A stretch of 64,000 bases of DNA from Octopus vulgaris (lineage: Eukaryota). Under the pieces are notes generated by a model. It did not search any database and had not been told where the DNA came from. It saw nothing but the letters and a program-made list of their open reading frames with translations. The position numbers and the translations under genes were made by a program. This document shows, piece by piece, positions 57,100-64,000 of the stretch (its first letter is position 1; the number at the start of each line of letters is the position of its first letter). The DNA lies in assembly GCA_951406725.2 (NCBI GenBank), contig OX597818.1, forward strand, positions 71,796,001 to 71,860,000, given 5' to 3'.

Positions 57100-58733
57100 A
57101 TAGAAGGGTACTCCCGAGTGAAATCTGGATGTTACCACATTCGGATTTACGGTTGAGAGTGGGTTTGTATACAGACAGCTTCAGTGACTTGTCTCAACAT
57201 TGCATCAGTGGGGTGTGTGGATAAGATGTTTAACTTAATTTTTCCTAAGAAGCCCTTGGGGGCAGTCAACAGCATGCTAATAGAAGATGGAGTTTGGTTT
57301 CTTTTCAATGTAGTTGTCCAGGTGTTCTTTGAACCTATCATTGATACTCCTAGAAGTCTCACCAATGTATTACTCTGGGTTAGTCGCGAAAGCTACTTCT
57401 TGGCACTTAATTTGGTATACAGTGCTCTTGGTTTTGCAGTTCACGTGTGGGTTTGTAGAACATACTGCACAATTATTTTGACACGTGATTCTATCAAATG
57501 GATATGATCTACATAATACAGATTTGATAGTCATACCTGTCTTTTCAGCAACTTTGATCTTAAGGCCAGTTGTGCACAGGATTTTCTTGAATGCCTTACT
57601 TAATTCGTTCTTAGGTGTGGCGTCAACAAACATTACAGTGAAATTTCTTGTTATACCAAGTATTGTTTGTATTTCTTTTGTTGGTGTCCCTCTCTAACCT
57701 ATTCCAGAACTTGTTGCGGTATAGGGGGCATATACCATTTTCGTCATCTCTTAGAATGCGTTTGAATCTTGTTTTCGCTCCTTTGTACACTCTGATTCTA
57801 TCGTACTGTGTGTATCCGGAACGTTGCATTCGGAATATGTAGTGCTAGATGTGTTGTTGTCGTTCTTGTGGTTGGCATAGTGGAAATACATTCCTCATTA
57901 CTTTAACTAAGTCTGCCACAAAAATGTTGATCTTGGTAGTACTCGACATCGCCGAGTCACTACGGATTACCAGTGGATTAGCCATAGGTTTACAATAGTG
58001 TGAGAAGAGTAAACAGGGTTTAACAGTTCCATTAACCATAGTATTTTCTATCCATAGCTCAGTATCTAGGACAGGTAATCTATTACTGGGGTGTTTAGAG
58101 GGGTAGTCTACAGTGACCTTTATACTGCTATGGATAGAGTCAGCTATGTGTTGCATAGCTGTCATCACCTGTTCTTCATTTAGTAGAGTGTCTATATCTG
58201 TATTACTTTTACATTTCACGACAAGGTTAATGTCGTCAGCGTATCGACAGTACATAGCTAAGTGGATGTTACGGGTCGCTAGGCACTGTTTAAAATGTAT
58301 AGAGATAGTTTGTGAGAGTAAGATGATATTTAAAAATATGGTCGTATATGAGCTAGGTCTCTTCCTGGCCCTAACTTGTACCGATGAATATATGTCACGC
58401 AATAACCTTTTATATGCTTGTCCCACCCGTAACAAACGAAGTAGACCACCTACCATTACCTCAGCATACAAAAAGACCCACTGTGAACGCTGGCAGAGCT
58501 GGACGAAGCCAGACTACCCACGTTCAGATGCATACGACATCAGAACATGCTATCGGTGTCAGCCTTGGAACTACTCTTAAAACCCATAATTTTAAGTTTA
58601 ACAATAATCTGTATAAACAGATAAAAGGCGGTGCTATTGGAGTAGGGATCGACGGTGATGTTGCTAATCTCTTCATGATATGGTAGGACAGACATTTTAA
58701 ACAGTGCCTAGCGACCCGTAACATCCACTTAGC

Positions 58734-58739
<6 letters not shown>
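57100..58739. mobile_element. Penelope-like element with internal inversion
   Basis: Minus 57100-58298: RYADD, LPVLDTEL, YCKPM, STVYQIKC (GIY-YIG). Plus 58299-58739: RPPTITS, FKFNNNLYKQIKGGAIG. Confidence 0.85.
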
Positions 58740-58783
<44 letters not shown>

Positions 58784-59835
58784 TGTATATGTATATGTAT
58801 AATCGACACTGGAAAATGTTGAGCTCTAAAGGGACAAAATAAAATGTTACAGAGCATTTAATCTGTCCTCTTACATTTGACAATTCTATGCCCTGAAATT
58901 AGAATTGTAAACGAGATAAATATGTTAGGAAAACCGTCTGTGAGTTGACGATGCTTGAAAATTATATTAACTCGAAATTAGAGGCTTTTTAATGAGAAGC
59001 AGTATCCAGTGAACGAATATTAATTAGTGGATCTTGTTATATCCAACGAAATAATTTGTTACGAGTACATAGAAGATATATTTTATTTTTTAGTATCTTC
59101 CTTATTTTCTTGTTATTGTATTCATGATTCCTTATCGTATGTTGCACAAACGACGAGACAGATGTCTTGTGTTAAAGCTTTTTTGTTCTGGTTTAGAAAG
59201 AAGGTCAAATGTATAGAGAGATAACAACTCTTCTATCATTATATTTGTAGGGTTCAGTAGTTATCATAAAAGTCATTTGTCTATGATGATGGTGTGAAGA
59301 GAACTGATGGTTGAGAAGTGAGGTAATTAGGATATCAGAAACATGTGCTGTGTTGTACCGATGAGAGGGAGAGAGTGAGTGTGAGAGAGAGAGAGAGAGA
59401 GAGAGAGGAAGGAGGGAGGGAGAGATAGACATAGAGAGGAAATAAAATATAAGAAACAAAGCAATATCGCTATTGAATTATAAAATCAGTTTTTTTATTA
59501 TGTTCACTATTAGGAAAGTTGATGAGTGGAGAGAAAAGTAGAAAAAAAGTGGACAGTATAATTTGCCGTGTTTAGTTGCGACGTTTTAGCTTTTAAGTTC
59601 AAATTCCAGCAGGTTTAATTTGACTTTATCATTAGTTCATCCGGATTCGTGGTCGATTGAAATAAGTACTTTATGCTTAACAGGTATAGACCACACAACC
59701 ACCACCATCACTACCACCATCACGTCCCTCCTCCTCCTCCTCCTCCTCCTCCTCCTCCTCCCTGGGACAATGTAATCGACTTACCCCACTCCCCAAACTG
59801 CTGGCCTTGTGCTAAAATTTTAAGCTATTTGGTAG

Positions 59836-60305
59836 TTTTCCTCTGTCCGAAGGCTATGGTGAAAGAGATCATGAAGTGGACAAGGCTGAAAGCACTGAAG
59901 CAAATACTTTCCTCTTCAACCAAGCCCATATCGACTTTGCCAAGTTGCACTTGAAAAGGAAAGTGAGGGTAAAGAGAGAAGTGCTGCACCCAGTAGTTTT
60001 GTTGAAAAGTGGGTGAATGCGGTGAGGATGGCCCGTGTGAATACGCTGTAGGCCGGACAGGATGTGGAGGAGAGAGATGCCTATCTGGGGTACCCTTGGC
60101 GGTCAGGATGACCAGGATGTGTAGGGTTCCTTCGTTGACCCTGAGAGGAACTCCATTCTTTGGAGGAATTTTATTCTTTAAATTTTGTTGTTAATTGTTA
60201 TAATTTTTATTGTGTATACGTGATTTTGTGTTGAGTCCCACTTGTCCTGTGTTTTGTATAGTCATTTATTGTTTTCTGTTCGGCCCTTGTGGCCAGTAAA
60301 GAAAA
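59836..60305 (+). mobile_element. Tx1-clade LINE 3' fragment (second family), followed by (TCA)/(TTC)n
   Basis: 'AMVKEIMKWTRLKAL' and 'HLKRKVRVKREVL' align to the ORF2 end at 32240-32440; ends GGCCCTTGTGGCCAGTAAAGAAA. Confidence 0.7.
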
Positions 60306-60307
60306 GA

Positions 60308-60463
60308 TCATCATCCTCATCATCTTCTTCTTCTTCTTCTTCTTCTTCTTCTTCTCCTTCTTCTTCTTCTTCTTCTTCTTCTTCTTCTTCTTCTTCTTCT
60401 TCTTCTTCTTCTTCTTCTTCTTCTTCTTCTTCTTCTTCTTCTTCTTCTTCTTCTTCTTCTTCT
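60308..60463. repeat. (TTC)n microsatellite
   Basis: Direct reading. Confidence 0.95.
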
Positions 60464-60505
60464 TTACCATTCGATTATGATTATCAGCATTTTATTACAG
60501 CAGCA

Positions 60506-60549
<44 letters not shown>

Positions 60550-61502
60550 AATTCTTATATGTTGCTTTGCTTTTAATGTTATTTTTGTTGATATTGTTTT
60601 AGTACAGCTGCACTAGATTCACTTATTTCTACATTGTTTTAAGGCAGTGAGTAGGAGAAGGAAAAAGAGGACGAAAAGGAGGAAGAAGAAAAGGGGAGGG
60701 GAGAGGAGTTGTGATATCTGTAGATCAATGATAAAAAGTCATTCCAGTCGTTACCATCCTGACTTTATAGAAGAATGTTTGATTATAGTATACTGTATAC
60801 TCCTTTTTCCCCCATGACAGGAGAGATATTTGGCTGTTAGTTTTAGCAGATCGAGGTTCAGTTGTTGTCTCATTCAAAATAAATGGATAATATATGAAAC
60901 AGTACTTCTGGTTCCGCCCGGAATTCAGAAGTATAATTCAGATAGAATTACATTAACTAATTTATGAGGTGTGAAAAAATTAGAGCTTAAAGATGATGCT
61001 ATCACTGTGCCCCCAAACAGTCCTGACCCAACAGATTTATGATCAAAGGTCTTCCATCCACGACCATCCAGTTTTTATTGCATATATACATGTGTATACA
61101 TACTTCACACAGACACACACACGCACACAAACACACATGCATATGTGCACGCATATTTATATGCATATGTACCCCTATATATATATCTCTCTCTCTATAT
61201 ATATATATATTATATAATTCGCCCCTCTTTGGAACAAAATACAGTAATTTAAATTTTTTTATGTTAAATCAATGTTTACCCTACAAAAGTATACAACAGG
61301 AAAAACAACAATAACAACAAAATGTGAAGTTGATTAGATAGTGAAAAAAAAGTGATGTCAATACTAACAGACAATAGACGAACTGTTTTCAAATGGTGAG
61401 CTCCTGGCAAAGACGAAGCATATTTACAGGAAACAGCCAGTAGGTAGTTATATTGTTTGGGCTGGTGGCCAATGAAATTACAATGTGTGTGATGTGCATG
61501 TA

Positions 61503-61535
<33 letters not shown>

Positions 61536-62339
61536 GTATGCATTATGTATGTATGTATGTATGTATGTATGAATGTATGTATTTATGTATGTATGTATGT
61601 ATGTATGTATGTATGTATGTATGTGTGTGCGTGTGTGTGTGTGTGTGTGACGTACAAAATCAGGGTTTCGATTAAACGGACTGACTACAGACTGACAATC
61701 AATGTGTCTGACATCATTATCAAAGATCTGGATTAAATAGGGGAAAATATTTACAAACGTACAATTTATGAAGTAGCTGGAAATAGTAGTTAATTCCCTC
61801 TATAAATCACACCCACACCGTCTTTGAAAAAGAATGAGTATCTTAAATCGAGAATCAATGACTAAGAGATGTGATCTTATTGGAAAAAAGAAAAAAAAAA
61901 CTTAACGTAAGTTAAAACAGAATTCACTTATTTGTTACAAGGAAATTGAAAATATTTTTTTATATGACTCTAACATGTCGCAAATTTTAAAAGGGCTTTA
62001 TGAAATATTTTTAAGTGGTTAGCGTATTTTCCGTCACACAAGTCGACTTAGTATATACTACAAACGTATAGTATAAACATTCAAACATCGTCAATGTCTT
62101 TTCTAATCTTGATGCATTTCACACGGACTTTTTGGTCCTCCGAAGTCGTTATGGTGTATAAAGTCGCCAACCTATTTTGGCTATAAATGTTGGCTGTAAA
62201 TTTGGGTGTAAATTTTGGTTTGCAAAAATTTGACTTCTGCGCTGGAAAATGCAGTAACATTTATCTCGAAGCAAGGAGACCTGCTTGCAGTAGTTTGATC
62301 TGCTAGAAATACGCAATCAACCAACAAATATTTTCTCAT

Positions 62340-63620
62340 TAAGGAAAAGTCTTTTACGTTTCGAGCCTACTCTCTTCGACAGAAAGGATTAAAAAGACGA
62401 AAACGAGAAAAAAATGAAAGAAAAAGAAAAACGGGAAGAAAAAATTGTTATTTGGTCTACAAGGAGTGAATGTTCGAGTGAAAATGAGTGTTTGCTCTCG
62501 TTGGAGACTTGAGTCTGAGGAACCACTGATATGACGACACCTATGCTGAACACGAAGATCTGCCAGATTGAATGCTTCATAAAACAGAATTGTCATGTAA
62601 CGAAGGGTCAAGACGGATGTCCTGCAGGTTTTCTGTAAAGCAGTCAGACAAACGTTGTTCAGTCTGATCTATATATTAGGATTTGCCATAAGGGCATTTT
62701 AAGCAATAAATAAGATTGGTAGATGCGTAGATGAAGGAGTCTGATATATGGAAGGAGTGGTGGTTGGTCCAGTGAGGAGAATAGCGTAAGAGTTGGAAAA
62801 GAAGTGACGTGTGTGTTAGCAAGCAAATGATCCAGGTCGGATTTGAGGTTACGGAAGGAATGAGCCGCGGACGAACTGGCAACGTAGATTACCGAAGCAC
62901 TTAATGGCAGGTTGGGTGGGCTGGAGAAGATGTGGGTAGTTTAGGTGTTTGTCTGGAGGATTTGGATTGTGCATGAGGTAGAATAGAGGGGTGGTAGTGA
63001 AGAGGGAAAGGAAAGATTTTGATGGCACAGAGGAAGGATGGAGGTGTGGTTTATTTTAAGGCTGCGAGTGAAGGCAGCTTAGACTAGGCTGGCGAGTATT
63101 CGAGTCGAGTGAGTTGGTGGACGGACTACGCATTGAAATTACATGTTACAATCATATTGGCGGCTACAGTGAAGGCTGAGCTAGAGGAATTGTAAGTAAC
63201 AAGTAGATTGTTTAGTGTAGGTAGAGTGGGAGGAGGCGAAGGCAGCATAACAGTGGGAGTCGATAGGTTTGTAAAAGGTGGTGCTGGTGAGGTTAATGGT
63301 GGGGTGATCGATGACAACAGAGATGTCAAGAAAGTTAACTGTGATGTCAGAAATGGAGGAGGCGAATTCTAGAGAGGAATGAAACGAGTTGAAAAGATGA
63401 ATGTGTTGAGATATTCACAGGAGAGGGAGATGGCGCTGAAACAGTCAGTGATGTGAAGACTATAGCGTTGCGGCAGGGGCCTGCAAACTTTGTAAGAATC
63501 TGAGTTTCAACAGGACTAACAAGCAGATTAGCATAGTTCGGTACCATTCAGGGATAATAGCCACCCCAGACACCGTCGAACGAGAAGCAGCTAAGAGTGG
63601 GAACAAGTTCGACTAAATAG
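62340..63620 (-). mobile_element. Decayed Penelope-like element
   Basis: MVPNYANLLV (RT motif), FLDISV, STNLIYCLKC (GIY-YIG), and a terminal hammerhead-like motif. Confidence 0.7.
62351..62386 (-). ncRNA. Minimal hammerhead-like motif, A6U variant
   Basis: CTTT-CTGTCGA-A-GAG AGTAGG CTC-GAAAC-GTA-AAAG. Confidence 0.55.
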
Positions 63621-64000
63621 AAGTGAGTAAAGATCCAAGGTTGATAAGTCGAGAAAATGTATTGTAAACGTCTAAATATTCTCCATATATTTGTGTCGAA
63701 ACAATGGTATTTTTATGACATACACAAATCTATCATCATACACATCACTTAATTTAAATTTAATTACAATCAAACTATTTAAACTGCATTAAAAGGACTT
63801 TAAAAAACAAATTTGACGTGAAATTAAAAATATAAAATGATTTTCTGGTTCGGCCACTTACTTTGGAAATACTTTTCAAATAAAGAATAAATAGCAAAAA
63901 CAATGCCGGATAATTCAGTTGTTTGTTTTTTACTCTAAACGTTAATTTGCTAGTTCTAGCTTATTGCTGACTTAGCGGTTTTTGTTTTGTAAGCTTTTTT

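Overview
This is gene-poor, AT-rich eukaryotic DNA made almost entirely of microsatellites and transposable elements. The repeat make-up resembles an octopus (cephalopod) genome, but that is an inference. No host protein-coding exon could be supported, and most ORFs in the track are translated microsatellites. Recognisable elements: a full-length but frameshifted L1/Tx1-clade LINE sitting inside a (GA)n tract (32021-37455); an R4/Dong-type LINE with restriction-like endonuclease ending in (AAT)n; CR1-group and RTE LINE fragments; a full-length decayed mariner; hAT MITEs; two abundant SINE families; and many Penelope-like element (PLE) remnants. Two signals stand out. (1) About a dozen type I hammerhead-ribozyme motifs, folded by eye, lie at the ends of unrelated PLE families or tiny (TA)n-flanked elements. 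Several carry unusual cores (G3:C8 swap, U4C, A6U, A9C), and one sits in a ~520-bp directly repeated, retrozyme-like unit. (2) Two SINE/LINE tail partnerships are visible inside the window: SINE-A with the CR1-group LINE, and SINE-B with the Tx1 LINEs. All alignments and folds were done by eye, so boundaries are approximate.
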